From Schizochytrium sp. TIO01 (taxonomy: Eukaryota; Protista; Bigyra: Labyrinthulomycetes), in contig SMSO01000014.1 of the NCBI GenBank assembly GCA_004764695.1, positions 5,156,845 through 5,220,844 of the forward strand: 64,000 bases of DNA. Reading direction: 5' to 3'. The notes beneath the pieces are model-generated. The model searched no databases, had not been told where the DNA came from, and saw nothing but the letters and a program-made list of their open reading frames with translations. Made by a program: the position numbers and the translations under genes. This document shows positions 38,406 to 51,522 of this stretch, one piece after another; the stretch's first letter is position 1, and the number at the start of each line of letters is the position of its first letter.

Positions 38406-39893
38406 ATGGCGGGGACCCCGAGCCCGCTGTTGGCAGCTCTAGACGCTACTGGGTCGGAAGAGCGCAAAGGTGGTCTTCGCAATGCGTGCAAAAATGATGG
38501 AAACAGAACCCGGAGGCAAAAGTTAGCGGCCACCGGCCCGCAGGAGGAGCTCATGCAGCCGTACAGGCCGAACCAGGCCGGCCTGCAGCAGCACCACTTG
38601 CATCACAGACATCACCATCCGCATGAGAACACTGATGACATGCCAGAATCGAGATGGGACACCAAAATAAGCTCTCCAGCAACATTCGCATCTCTACCAG
38701 CGAGCTGCACGCAACACAAGGTGGCACACAGTAGTAGCGGGCATATTGGCAACAGCATTAGCAAAAACATTAAAAGCAACAGCAGAAGAGGCGTAGGGTG
38801 GAACCTGCGCGAGGGATACTCCGACGAGGAGTACTCTGAGGAAGATGACACCCGCATCACGCATTACCGCTTAAGTGACGATGATGGTGATGATGATGGC
38901 GATGATGATGATGAAACAGCAGATAAGGCGACCTGGGGATCAAGCTCGTCTGTGTCGTTATCGTCAGGTTCGTCAACGACGTCCTCATCGTCACCATTAA
39001 GCTCACCGCAGAATAAATATGTCAAAAGGTCGTCGCGGCGCACATCTTTTCTTCACACATTTAAGCAAGTTGTAGCGGCCGTGGTACCTCTGGTCATTTT
39101 TGTTGTGGGTCCAGTGGTTATCTTGCAGCCTATGCTCACACCAATTTTGCAAGCTCTTGCTCAAGAGTTCTCACTTGGCGTGAGTGTCTGGGCCAACTCC
39201 CGTTTCGTCCTTTTGATGTCAATTATTTCGATGGTGCCTGGCTTTCCTGTTCTTGCAATTATCGCTACATTGGGGTCTATGCTTCCCTTTGGAGACGCTC
39301 TGTTGGTAGGCACCTGTACGCGTCACCTCTCAGCATGTCTCAGTTTCTTCGTCGGCCGCCGCTTCTTGCGCTCCCGGAAAGATAATTTTGTACGCAAATG
39401 GTCACATTTAAGCACTATACAGCGTATGGCAGAGGTCCAGCCTTGGCGCATCACTTTTTTGTCCCGTTTCATTATGTTGCCCGAACAGTTGAAAAACTAT
39501 TCCCTCGGAGCGCTCTCCGTTAAATTTTGTACTTTCTTTTGGATGGCTCTGCTTGGGGATCTTCAAGGTACTGTCTTCGCTGTCTTGGTGGGCTCCTTGT
39601 CGAGCGCAAGCAACCTTGTCGCCGAAGCAGATACTAATCCGGCCATGTCAGAGGAAAGCGCGCAGCTTTTTCGCAACTCACTATCTATGGTCGGTATGTT
39701 TACTTCCTTGGCAATGATGGTTATCGCCACACTCCAGGTCAAACGTATCCACTCACAGTGCAACAAAACCAAGTGTGGAGCGGGTTACTACGCCTCATAC
39801 GAACGCCGCCGCGCCCAGAGTGACCATGACTCTACTCTTCCGCTGCAACCTTATCGTCTTCGCAGACACTCTCTGCTTGAATCCCTCGTATAA
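38406..39893 (+). CDS. TVP38/TMEM64-family (VTT/DedA, SNARE-associated Golgi) membrane protein, 495 aa
   Basis: Long acidic/Ser-rich N-terminus, then TM segments with VTT motifs SMVPGFP, ACLSFFVGRRFLR and PWRITFLSRFIMLPEQLKNYSLGALSVKFCTFFWMALLG. Confidence 0.85.
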   Translation: MAGTPSPLLAALDATGSEERKGGLRNACKNDGNRTRRQKLAATGPQEELMQPYRPNQAGLQQHHLHHRHHHPHENTDDMPESRWDTKISSPATFASLPASCTQHKVAHSSSGHIGNSISKNIKSNSRRGVGWNLREGYSDEEYSEEDDTRITHYRLSDDDGDDDGDDDDETADKATWGSSSSVSLSSGSSTTSSSSPLSSPQNKYVKRSSRRTSFLHTFKQVVAAVVPLVIFVVGPVVILQPMLTPILQALAQEFSLGVSVWANSRFVLLMSIISMVPGFPVLAIIATLGSMLPFGDALLVGTCTRHLSACLSFFVGRRFLRSRKDNFVRKWSHLSTIQRMAEVQPWRITFLSRFIMLPEQLKNYSLGALSVKFCTFFWMALLGDLQGTVFAVLVGSLSSASNLVAEADTNPAMSEESAQLFRNSLSMVGMFTSLAMMVIATLQVKRIHSQCNKTKCGAGYYASYERRRAQSDHDSTLPLQPYRLRRHSLLESLV

Positions 39894-40492
39894 TATACTA
39901 CTACTTTCATAATGATCTAATCTAAAATATGGCTCATATTTCTAATTGTATGTTCTACCCATTCCCATAACCATACAAAACTGCAAGATTGGTTCCTTTT
40001 TCTGAAACAAGTCTTATACTCTTCAGTGTGATTCACAATATTTAAATTCAGGGTAATAAATCTCCCATATTGGTACAATTTGCTTCTGTAGCCTCTCTAC
40101 TCAATCAATGCCCACCACCCCTTTTTCACTTGGTGCGATTGAGATTGGTCGAGAGCCATCCAACTTGTGATGCACTACGAAAATGAGTCATGAAAGTATC
40201 TTGACCTGCTTTTAGAGTTTGGGTTTTGTTTGTTGGTGTCAAGTATGTCCTCTCATCGTTGTAATGTCAGCTCAACTCTTTGGAAAAGATATTTAAAGGT
40301 GTCAACATCTGCGTGCAGGTTTAGGTCTAACTAAACATTGTTAACTCATGGCAATGTTTTGCGAGATTACAAGCACTTCCAGACAAGGGCTCTGCGTCAT
40401 AAACATTTTCTTCATCTCTGAGAAGAGCTGTATTACTATATATAATTAGACAAGAGAAAATGCATTTTCAAGATTAGAGTAAGTAAAGTAGC

Positions 40493-41281
40493 CTAAACAA
40501 CTGGCATGGATGCCGATTGGCTTGCTTGAGGTAAGGCCTCACAAGCCCGGGCGTATTTACTAGCACGCACGACCTCATAATTGGCATGTCGGTCCTGTAA
40601 TAATGGAAGACGGCCTGTAGGAGCACCTTGATTCAGGAGATTTCCATCATCATCCACAAGCACGAAATGGTCAAACTTGGGTGGGCACCAGACTAACTTG
40701 AAAGCAATGGCGCTACGAAATTGCACATGAGCTACATCATGCGGCGGGTCCTCGCCTGCTCCGATTTGGCAAGTTGTCCAAGAGCCCCCCTCGCCAAGCT
40801 CAGGGAGGCTTGCAATACGAATGCCTTCACCGAGCGGATTCCCACGTGCGATGTAAGGAATTGTGCCATCATTCTCATCATCTGCGACATCCATGCGCAT
40901 CGTAGTCAGGTCAACGTGGTTAAAGTCATTGAAGCAGTGTCCTGTGTAGCCTTGTCCTGGTCTTGAGTTTGGGAGGTCGCGCAGTCCACCAGCCCAAAGC
41001 AGTTTTTGACGGACTTGCTCCCAGTCTGCACTTAGTTCTTGAGTTGACAAGCTTTTGACACGTTGGTGAACGGTGCGAAGGCGATCCCACGCTGTTCCCG
41101 GATACTTGCCCATTTGACAATCCTTTTCTTCGTACTGGTCGGCTCCGCTGAGGGCTTCTGGTCGAGGTTGCTCCGATGAAGCTGTGCGCTGTGCGAGGCC
41201 TGGTATCACGGCTAGAACCAAGAACACCACCACAAGGAGAAATCCAAAAGTAGCAGTCCGGGGCGCGCCAGATTGTTGCAT
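40493..41281 (-). CDS. Hypothetical secreted or signal-anchored protein, 262 aa
   Basis: Intact ORF with a hydrophobic signal (FGFLLVVVFLVLAVIPGLA) and a globular domain with His/Asp/Cys motifs GYTGHCFNDFNHVDLTTM, GGSWTTC and HDVAHVQFRSAIAFKLVW. Confidence 0.8.
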   Translation of the reverse strand: MQQSGAPRTATFGFLLVVVFLVLAVIPGLAQRTASSEQPRPEALSGADQYEEKDCQMGKYPGTAWDRLRTVHQRVKSLSTQELSADWEQVRQKLLWAGGLRDLPNSRPGQGYTGHCFNDFNHVDLTTMRMDVADDENDGTIPYIARGNPLGEGIRIASLPELGEGGSWTTCQIGAGEDPPHDVAHVQFRSAIAFKLVWCPPKFDHFVLVDDDGNLLNQGAPTGRLPLLQDRHANYEVVRASKYARACEALPQASQSASMPVV

Positions 41282-41598
41282 GAAAACAGCTCTCGAAGCT
41301 TCTCTTCCGGCTTCGATTCACGACCCAAGATATTGCGTTTTTGCTGGCATCCAAATTCTGTTCGCCTACTCCTGACTCAGTCTTTATTTCGTTTCGATGT
41401 AGCAATCTCTAGAGAAAAAGAAATGATTTAAAAATGCAATTAATTTACCTTCTCTTTTTTTTTAACTTAAAAAAAAAATATTGAAAAGAAAAATTAATAA
41501 ATCGTTGTGGCGTTTTCGATTGATATTTTGCTGTTTGCTTGTACCACATCCTGTCCAAAGGAAACAAAAGGAACCAGAAGAACAGCTCCGTTTGGGCG

Positions 41599-43912
41599 AT
41601 GGGACAACACGTGACTGTGGTCAAATCCGTACAGGATCGAGAGAGATGCGAGGGGGACGATCAACTTTTCGCAATGGCCCAGGAGATTGAGGATCACTTC
41701 CATGAAAAACTCGTTCAGATCGACAATGCTACTCTGAGTTTTTGACAGGCGACACTTTCGAAAAACTTTGTGCGCACAAATCTTCAAGAGAGTTGCCTAG
41801 GGGGCTATCAATGCAGCAGACAGGCTTGGATCAAGACGTGGAACTCAACGTGCCGATACACATATCGGACCAAGAAAGCCTCAGCAATTTGAGCCATGTA
41901 TTTTCGAAAGATTTTAGGAAGGTTACTCAATCTACCTTAGAAAAGAGCACAGCTGATCTCAAGAAATACAGTGTGGAGTACCAGGATATGATTCGAAACA
42001 TTTAAAAAATTAATGGTGAGACAGGCACGCTTTCGCAAGAAATCGAGGTTCTGAACGAGAAAATCCTCAACAAATTAGGACATGCTGATGACTAAAACTG
42101 GCTACGTACCTTTGCAAAGGGCCAGATCGAAGAAAGCGAACTCTATGAAAGGTTATAACCATCTTCTGAGTATAAAGGTGCGTACATGCATGTTTGCAAG
42201 AGTTTGATAAAAGACCTTCTCAACGCAGAAAAATCATTGGAACTAAAACAGCAAGACATTCGTGCCGATACTGCTTCCCTTGACAGGCTACGGAAAGATA
42301 TCGATCGTTCTAGAGTAACAATCGCGGATCTCTCGAGTAGATTATTGTCATTCGATATACAGCAGAAGAAGGTTCGGCAAGCGTTCAAAAAAGATTTGCC
42401 AGGCTTGCTTCCGAGAGGTATTTCAACCTCGAACACTGCAAGTCTTGCGAACCTTGACAATTATCCTGTATCGTCCATGCGAGTGATAACGATGCCTATC
42501 GAATATTTCTTGGAGCATTGCCGCAGCCGAGGCAACATTGGAACCCCGAATCAAGTATCTACTACAATCAACTTCACGCGTATATTTCGAACCATATTAA
42601 GGAATGAGGATTCAGTTGCAGATGCCTTTAGCGCTTGCATGTCGCACGTATTATCGGCCATGGAAGAAACTCCCAACGACGAAGTACCTCCAGGAGTGAG
42701 CTCATACACCTTATCTTTAAGGGTTGCTGCGCCAAGAGGTCCATTGGATTTTGCGATTAGTTGTTTTGGGATAGTAAAAGCTTCGCAGTATACTTCACCG
42801 CACCTACAAACGCGAAAGCGTTGGCCATGGGCGAATTTAAAGGTCCTGGCTTTTCAACCGTTGATCTCGGGGGAGGGGGCGGGGAGGACATTGTGGCTAC
42901 GGTTGTAACAGTGAAGACTGCACTTCACAACAAACATACAGATCATTCGTTCATCCATCAACTTTATAGCTATTTGTATCTGAATGGACTTTTGGTTGGC
43001 ATCTACTCGAACTACATGCATACCCATATTTTCATTAGGGATTGTAATGGCAATCTGCTTATCACCGAACCCGTTACAAATGATAGTGTAGGAGATATGG
43101 AGAGTGGAAGAACCAGCAGGATGGAGCTTGTTTCACTTGCTATTCTTTTCGCTGCTGATAAAAGGCAGATGGAGTTTGAACCTATTGGGAATTTGGTCGT
43201 GGTTCCCTGTGGTGATGAAGAAGGAGGATCCAACGACCCACGTCGTCTATCACTACCAGCTGAATGTGACGGTAAGCGGGACGTCAAGCATCCGAAGGAA
43301 TCACTTCCTCCGTCACTGAGAAATTGTGGTGAACATTACGCGAGGGATGGTCAAGCGGTTGATGTACTCGAGGTAATACGTCGTTGAAAGTATAGTCAGC
43401 TCCCAGAAGACCGCACAGGACTAATATATCGCTTAAACCTCCCCCAACAAGGAGATGCAAAGAGCGGCAACGTGGTGAAGATACTGGACTTGTTTAAACA
43501 ATAAGATCAGGTTCCCAATTTTGAACTCGAAGCTGAAATTGCCAAGAAATTAGAACCGCTACAAGGCAAACATATCCCTGAGTTTATCGATCGTGAAACG
43601 TTTCGTGATCAAGTTTTGAACGGCTTTGGAACGAAGTATTCTGGTGTGTCTTTGTCATCTGAAGACATCGCTGATGAAGTTATAGGAAAGTCAGTGAAGG
43701 CTCTGGATGAAATTCACTCCCATGGTGTGTTGCACGGTGATTTGGCGACCGGGAGTATTCCTTACAACAAAGAAATGCAAGAACCTGTCACTATTGACTT
43801 CGGCATGGCAATCCGCAAGACGGATATGAGTGAGGAATAATTTGGTCGAACTGCAGGTTGGGAGATTTATGACCTTCGACGTGAGTTGGATACAGAAAGA
43901 AAGAACAAATAA
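41599..43912 (+). pseudogene. Decayed coiled-coil + PD-(D/E)xK-like nuclease + protein kinase gene (Crinkler/CR-effector-like)
   Basis: Continuous reading with frameshifts near 41742 and 42770-42810 and in-frame stops at 42003, 42093, 42156, 43385, 43502 and 43838. Motifs: PLDFAI...AMGEFKGP, QLYSYLYLNGLLVGIYSNY, VVKILD, ELEAEIAKKLEPLQGKHIPEF, ALDEIHSHGVLHGDL and VTIDFGMA. Confidence 0.75.
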
Positions 43913-44013
43913 ATAGCAGAGAAAAATAACTTACAGTTGCATCTCTTTGAAGAAAAACCATACTTGCAAATTTAAGAGGTGGGTTCGTAGCAACCAAGGG
44001 GTCTGGGGTTTCT

Positions 44014-44502
44014 TTAGCTAGCGAGCGAGCGCCAAAGCAGTGCAAATGCGCGCTTAGTCTTGGTCCCACTCATTTGTGGACTTGCTTCCACGTAAAGAAC
44101 ATCACTATTCGCATGGATATCCCTGATAGTTTCACAAAGCTTGCGAAGCTCCAGCATAAACGAATGGAGGTTCGTGTGCTTGCGCATGAAGCTTGCGTTC
44201 AACGACACGTTGGGCGTGCATAAAGTTCACGCTCTCATCAAAGGTAGCATGGTCGCGAAGAGTCTTGATCTTCTTAGACCCCGGCCGTGGTGATAGATAG
44301 CCTTTCCACTGGCGCTTATCCATCATTGTCGTCGCAATCTTATTCACCAGCCCATTCATCTCAGCGTAGCGTCCCGCGTTCATGGTAAACTTCACCTTCG
44401 CCTTGTCACTCAGCGCTCCACACGGCGTAAAGCATGCCAAGCCTCAGCGCCCGCAATGGTCTTACGCTTGGGCGATTGCCCTTCGCTAGGCTCGTTTCCC
44501 AT
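44014..44502 (-). pseudogene. Possible frameshifted gene fragment of unknown family
   Basis: Protein-like segments in successive frames (MGNEPSEG..., KVKFTMNAGRYAEMNGLVNKIATT..., HTNLHSFMLELRKLCETIRDIH) overlap as if joined by frameshifts. Confidence 0.35.
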
Positions 44503-44964
44503 CAGTCAGAGAGATTTTTTATTATAAAATTCCTTTGTTCTCCGGAATGAAGACTGTCTATTGCTATCTTAAAGTTTTTTCTCTAATTCTTGGGCTATCC
44601 TCTAATTACTTCTTTTCTTCAAGTTCAAAATTCAAAAGGAACTAATTAAAAACCTTTTTTAAAAGAGGAAAGAGGAAAGAGGAAAGAAAAGAAAAGAACG
44701 GAAGACCGGGACGGACGATACTCGTCCCAGATCCGAGATGGTCCTTCCAAAACAAGATGAGATCATGAAGATAGATTGGGACCCAAGGCTAATAAGCAGC
44801 TCTACATTAAATTTCACTTGCTACTCAACCTCGGAGGAGCCATATTTTGTTGACGTTTTGCATAGGATACTTATTTTAAGGTACCTATCTGCGTGTCTGC
44901 AAGGCATTTTAACTTTCGTTTCTAAAGTGCTGCTAGGTACAGTGAGCGACCTACCATTGAATTT

Positions 44965-45118
44965 AAATAATAATGATAATAATAACAATAATAACAATAA
45001 CAAATAATAATAATAATAATAATAATAATGATAATAATAATAATGATAATAATAACAATAATAACAATAACAAATGATAATAATAATAATAATAATAATG
45101 ATAATAATGATAATAATA
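44965..45118. repeat. (AAT)n microsatellite with AAC/GAT variants
   Basis: Direct read. Confidence 0.9.
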
Positions 45119-46280
45119 CGGGGTCAAACAAAACAACAACGGCTGATCGGACGGGAAAAAGGGAAACGGGAAAAGGCGAAGTCGAGGTGCCAAGGATGTC
45201 ATTATCGCCAGAGTCCTCTCTGCACATTAAGTTTCCGGGCCAGTAGCGCAGCTCCAGGAGTTCTGTTTAAGCGTACGGGTATCTATTATACATACATCGA
45301 AACGTGCATACATCGAATGCGCAGGAGCACCAACTACATGCTTGCCGACGTATAATGGAGGGGTAGATGGATGGATGGATGCCTTTGGGGAGCAGGGAGA
45401 AACCGATTGAATCTCAAGATAAGTCGGAATAGACTTATGACTTCTCAGAAAGTCCAAACAAACGAGGATTTCAGGAAATTTTGTACATGCAAAAGGCAGT
45501 TACCTTCGATCGATTGCCTTGGGAACTCGTACATGCACATCGAAGTGTTAGTCTCGATAACGCATATGAGGGTCTGCATAAACCTCTTTGCGGCCCTGTG
45601 TTTTCTTCGTCTTCGTCTCGTTCTTCTCCTTCTTCTCTTATCATAAAGAATGGGTTGAAACTCAAGGCTTAAAGTTCCTTGAGTGATTCTCTCCCTTTTC
45701 CTTCTTTTCAAAGTTAGTCCTTCATTTGATAGAAAGAGAAGGAAGGAAGAAAGAAAGAATTAGTGTACGTTTGAGTCGGACTTGCAGATTCGAAAGGCAG
45801 CGCGTCAAAATTGATAATAGATAGGCTTTCCACCTTCTGAAGAAGGTTTATGAATGCTTCGGTGCGGCTTTGGCTCGACTTGCGCTAGTTCATTTATCGA
45901 CGCAAAGTCGAGCGCGGAGCTCAGAATTATCTCGCCACGGTCTGGTGATCAATCATGGCGCTGCAGGAGCTCAAACCTAGGCAGGCAAGAGTACCTACCT
46001 GCCTACCGAGAGCTATTTTTGATCAAATAGCGTGCGCGGTGACCATCGTAGTAATGAGGTTCTTTGGCGGCTTGACAGGATCATTTGTTCGTGGGCAATG
46101 CATGCATGCATGCATGCATTGCGAGCAAGAACTTCAGGAGTCAGCAGAGCAAGCTGGGAGAAGAGCCATGCTCCTTCGAAGGGATCCTCGATCAGTGGTT
46201 CCATCACAGTGTGCGAGCTCTCGCGCTCGCTATTGACATCGTTGGAGCGTGAAGGCGAAGCACCGAGAAGTGGTGAAGAG

Positions 46281-46315
<35 letters not shown>

Positions 46316-47014
46316 GTGCGTGTTTCTCGGTCATTGGCCGCTTCCGCTTCCATGCCAAGCCCTTCCGCCGCCTTGACTGAGGTCTGAAGATGAGAGAAGG
46401 AACCGCCGGAGCTTGGGTCGCAGTCGAGAACCCTGCGAGGCTCGCAAGACGAGCAGGTGTCACACTGTAGCGCGAGCACGTGGTCTTCGCAGCGTCTGAA
46501 ACGAAATGGCAGCATGCAAGAGAAACTTGAGGCAGCAAGCAAGCAAGCAAGCACCTCGAGAGCAAGCTGTCTGTGAATGTTACATTAACACGCCAAAGGG
46601 TGGCCTGCAGGCAATGACTGGCATTGCATCGCGCAAGGTAATGGCGAGGTTGCGCTGGTTTGACAAGGGACGATCGACAGAGATTCGTTCATCTATTCAT
46701 TCGTCATTCTCATTGCGAAGTCGAGGCCGAGGCCAGGCAAGTGCTACAGTTTTAGCTACCTAGTAAGACTCCGCTTGGCGTTCCTAATGATTGATTAGCT
46801 TGCTTTCCTTCCCTCCCTCTTCGATATTTTGTTTTCCGGAGAATGCTTTTTTTCTTTTGTTGCAGAATCATCATCATCTGAAGAAGAGAGGCAGAACTTC
46901 GCTTTACCTGAGGGAGAGAGAGGTGAAGCCTCTCTGCCTGAATGCCTCTCGCCTTCCTGACTGCTGGTAGCTGGACCTTGACAACGCTTCGCGGCTCTTG
47001 ATATAGTCAGTTGT

Positions 47015-47116
47015 ATTTGTTTGTTTGTTTGTTTGTTTGTTTGTTTGTTTGTTTGTTTGTTTGTTTGTTTGTTTGTTTGTTTGTTTGTTTGTTTGTTTGT
47101 TTGTTTGTTTGTTTGA
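47015..47116. repeat. (TTTG)n microsatellite
   Basis: Direct read. Confidence 0.95.
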
Positions 47117-50100
47117 TCTTCCGAGTTCTTCCTTTTCCATCCAAAAGGTCAGCGCATTAGAATGGGAGAAGCACTCCAGGGAACGGTATTTTATTACCTT
47201 TATTCTTTATATTTTTCATATTAACTTGAAAAGAAAATAACTTGAAAATAAAGGTAAGAATGACTCAGATTGTTATTTACAATATATAAAGAATCGTTTC
47301 GATGGCATGCATAGCTAACAGTGATAGTGTTTCAAAATTATTAAAATTAAATAAAATTAAAATTAAAATTAAGGAACTATTTTTTTCTTCTAATGTATTT
47401 ATTTTTCCTTTTAATTTATCAAAAGTTAGACATGATGATAATGAAAATAATTATACCAAATAATTATAGTTTAAAATGAAAAGTAAGGCAAGATAACCAA
47501 TATCAAAGCGACTTATTCTGTGGCTTTCTTTCTGCCTTGATTGAAAGGTAGGTACTTGATACCTCATCAATGCCTGACGAAGACACGAAACGGAGCTGAG
47601 CTTCCTGGACAATGAATGGGCACTTTGGGCAAACAAGTTGGATTTGGACTCAGACTTCTCAAGTAGAGTTGATCGTACTTGAGGTTTCTTCGGAGCCGCA
47701 CTCAAACTTTTTTTAATTTTAGGATCGTCCAAACTGCTCAAGTGCCACGATTCATCAATGTGCGATTAATTGTTTTGGCATGGATGCATGGATGGATGGA
47801 TGGATGAGTGAGTGAGTGAGTGTGTTTTAATTTATAACCCAAGCCGCTAAAAGATTTTAAAACCTGGCCAGTGCCTCTGCTGATAGAGTGAGTTATTTAT
47901 TCGTTGTCTCAATTGTGTTCTCAGTTTACCGCAGATTAATCGTTGACTGCTTCCTCATTGGCGGAGGGTTCGGTGGACAGATTGAGCGATTGATTGAATG
48001 TCTGATGCAAGAAATATAATTGCAAATAATCGATCGAAGCGACTGAGCGCTTGGTCGATCTGGATTGGTGGAAAAGATTAAGCGATTGACTGATCCAAGT
48101 GGTCGAAATGACTGCGACGATCGATCCACAAAAGGCGACTTGGGCTCCATCGTTACGCATTCAGGGCCTCGTACTCAGTAGAGTAAAGACACAAAGCACT
48201 TGAATCAGAAGAGCGAAAGGGACCATAGTTACAGCTGATCTCTCAAAGAATCAAGGTACAAACCATGCATGGCCGATGGACGAGTGGTTCGCCACCGATT
48301 ATGGACCACCATCACAAGTTTACAGGCAAAGACAATGACGAAGATGGTGATGGTGATGGCGATGATGATTATGATGAAGCACTTGTCAAAGTAGCTAATG
48401 CTTTTGATAGATGGTGGTGGCTTGAGTTGTCAAGAAACGAGGCCTCCGTTTCAGATGCCAATCCTGGCAGCTCGTTTGTCCCTGTTCGACGGTGCGCTCT
48501 TGGACATGTCTCCAACACTCCGAAGTCGAGCTGCGACCTGGAACGGAACTTGAGTTGGATCGAAGCAGTCGCTGCAGCAGTTGTTGTCGCTCTCCTTCAG
48601 GGTTCTTGCTACTGCGCTCGCTCGCTCGCTATGCCTGCCTGCCTGCCTGCCTGCAGACTGCCCTTTTCTGAGAGTCGCTGCTCTTGCGGGTTCGAGCCCT
48701 GCAAAGCACACACGCGGCGATGAGGAACTTCGAGGCGGACCTGGAGAGGGGATCGAAGGCTCTACACTGGCGGGTGCGCCCTAGCGCATTGGCTCAGACA
48801 GAGGCCTACAGGAAAAGCCGGCACAGGCCAATCGTGCGCCGTGGTTCTTGGCTGCAGTGACGATGGAGAAGATGCAGGTGCCAGGCAAAGAAAGGATCGA
48901 TCATCGATTGATTGATTGATGAATTTCACTTTCTTTTTTGTAGTTAAAATATGACAAGGACCCACGACTGCAAAGCCTAGCAGTGTGCTATCCTAGACTA
49001 CGATGTCTTGTGGTATCAGAAACAATGAATGAGCGATTTATTATTTCATTCGTTGCGATATACTACTACTACTACACGGTATGATATCATATTTTATTAT
49101 TAATTTTCAACTGTAGTAATAATAAATAGAGTGAGCAAAGTGGAAACTAGTACACAAAAGAAGCTTCACGAAAAGTTTTCTGTTCCTCCTACCTGCAGCC
49201 TCATTCATTTTATTTATGATCATTTATCACTCGAGGAGGTGTTAAAACTCACGGACTGTCTGAGAAAGCTGGTTGTGCTTCGTGAGAGGGGGCATGCATT
49301 CTCTGGATGCCATAATGCACATCAAGTCTAGGCATTCAACACCCCCGAGTTCACCAGCAGTTGAACAGTAAGTTCCCTTTCTTCTGAAGCACCTGTCGGT
49401 CTGCCTGTGCGAGCTGCCCGTGTACCTGGTACGTACTATGCCATCTTTGTCCCGAGTCCTTCTACCAATGCAAGCATCATAGTCATGATACTTGGTGCGA
49501 AGTAGCTAAATGCCAATGTGATATTTTGTTTCTTTTATTCGCTGCAAATTTTGAAACTCATGAAGTGCGCTGAATTGGCTAACAGATTTATATTTTTAGT
49601 CTTAGTTTTTTTATTGTTTTTTATTTTTATTTTGAAAGAATATAAAAATGAGAGATTCAAGTCAAGGGTATAGGGCCTATGTATCGCATGCATGCATTCT
49701 ACCCACTAGGCACTTCGCCATTTAAACAAAACAAAAGTACCTACTACAGAACACAAACAAACTATTGAAAAATAAGACTTCTCGTAAACCTCCTATTTTC
49801 GTTCAAGGTTGCTCTCTCTCTCTTTCGTCTCTTTTCTCAAAGTTAAGAGGTTGAGAAACGTATTGGTGTGCATATAACGAAGCGCAATAAGTTGTGATGA
49901 GCAAAGTGCTGGCATTGTCTCGTGTGCCCACATGCACGATTCCTCAAAGTGAAGGGATATATTTTTATTTATTGCTTTATTATTATGATGATTATGATTA
50001 TGATTATTTAAAAATCAAAAGGGGCACTGCGAGACCTTGAATTGGACATTCATTTACCGAAAGAAAAAGGAAACAAGTTTGTGTTTTTATAAATATATAT

Positions 50101-51522
50101 ACATAAATAAACACCTCTTTCTGTAAGTTGTTTTCATAATACACGTAGATAGTAGGTATGTATTGTTGATCTGATCTTCTATTTATTATTCATAAAAGAA
50201 TTTGAATAAATACAAAAAGAAATTAGTCGAGTTCAGGCAAAGTAAACTTTGAACAATTCGGAGAGCAGCCACGTTCGCCGCCTCGAGCGAAATTCATCTC
50301 TGCAACTGCTGCCTTGCTCAAGGCAATATTATTTTGTCGCCACTTTGGTAGCCTGCCCGCAAGGAGGCTTGCTCTTCTGCTTTTGGTGTCTCGCTTCTAC
50401 TGCAGCTGCTGATTGATACCTACCTAGTAGTCTGTGATTTGTCTTCGACTTCCTTGACTTATTCGCTGAGTGGACTTCTCGTTCTCCTACACAAGGACCT
50501 CAAGAGGACCCCTGCGGCTTATCTCCATTAAGCCCTGCCCCCCAACTCCAACCTCCCCCTGCCCCCTATCGCTCACTGCTCACTCTTTCTTCTCGCGCGC
50601 CTGTTTCCTGGTTGCGGGCTTCTTCAGTCTGGTTGTTCCTCATTTCTTTTGCTGCTGGGTCTACTTCTTCATCTTTATTGCCATCCATCGCCTCAATCCA
50701 AAGCCGGCTGCGCAACGTTTCGCCAGAGCTCGCAACGTTTCAATCACTGCTCTCGCCTCTGACGGACTCTCTCCGCAGGGGCGGCTTCGGTCTGGATGCC
50801 GCGAGGAAGGTCCCTGCCGCCGCTAGCAGAGCGACCGCAGAATAGGTCGCAAACACGTTCTCAGAGGCAATTTGAAAGAACTTCAAGCTGCTAGGACCTC
50901 AACGAAAAGTAAAACGTAAGGAACGAACTCGTCTGTGCTGAGCGAATCCTTAGAGCTTTTCGACAGGAGTCCCTTACAGAAAAACGAGGACTTGCAGGGA
51001 TTTCAAATAAACAAAGTTCGTCTTACATTCTCAAAGGAAATCTGGCAACTACAGAGAACTACTGTAACTAATTACAAGCGAAGGGGCTTCAGCTATCTTA
51101 ACAGTGCTGCTTTTGCTTTAATTTGAGACTGCATCTAGCCCAAGCGGCAGAGAATCGGTGCTGTTACTGCTATTATTTTTCTTATTACCATTCGTAACAC
51201 ATTGGCCTGCTGACATCTTGCATAGGCTTAGAAGTGGCAAGGCCGGTCATACGTGGAGTTGATCGCGACCCTGGCGCAAAGAGCAGATTCGGCGAATTTT
51301 ACAGATTGGCACTTCGTCATCCAAGTCAATCTAAATTCAGTCTGTATATTAATACCGTAGGGAAACCGGTCATCATTTCGTAAGCAGCACGAGGATATAA
51401 AATACCACACTTTCGCTCACCGTGTCAATTCGCCTGTAAAGGCATCGGATCTTTAGAGGATTTCGCTCTGAGGGACATAAAATAGTTCATTAACCTTTCA
51501 TTGACCAAGAGGGCGTGGCGTC

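Noticed and set aside
48680-48712. tRNA T-arm-like hairpin GCGGG-TTCGAGC-CCTGC
   Set aside because: No matching acceptor stem, D-arm or anticodon arm upstream; that region is a GCCT microsatellite.
48265-48723. 152-aa ORF with faint nitrilase-like DLERNL segment
   Set aside because: No catalytic Glu/Lys/Cys motifs; the ORF runs through microsatellites.
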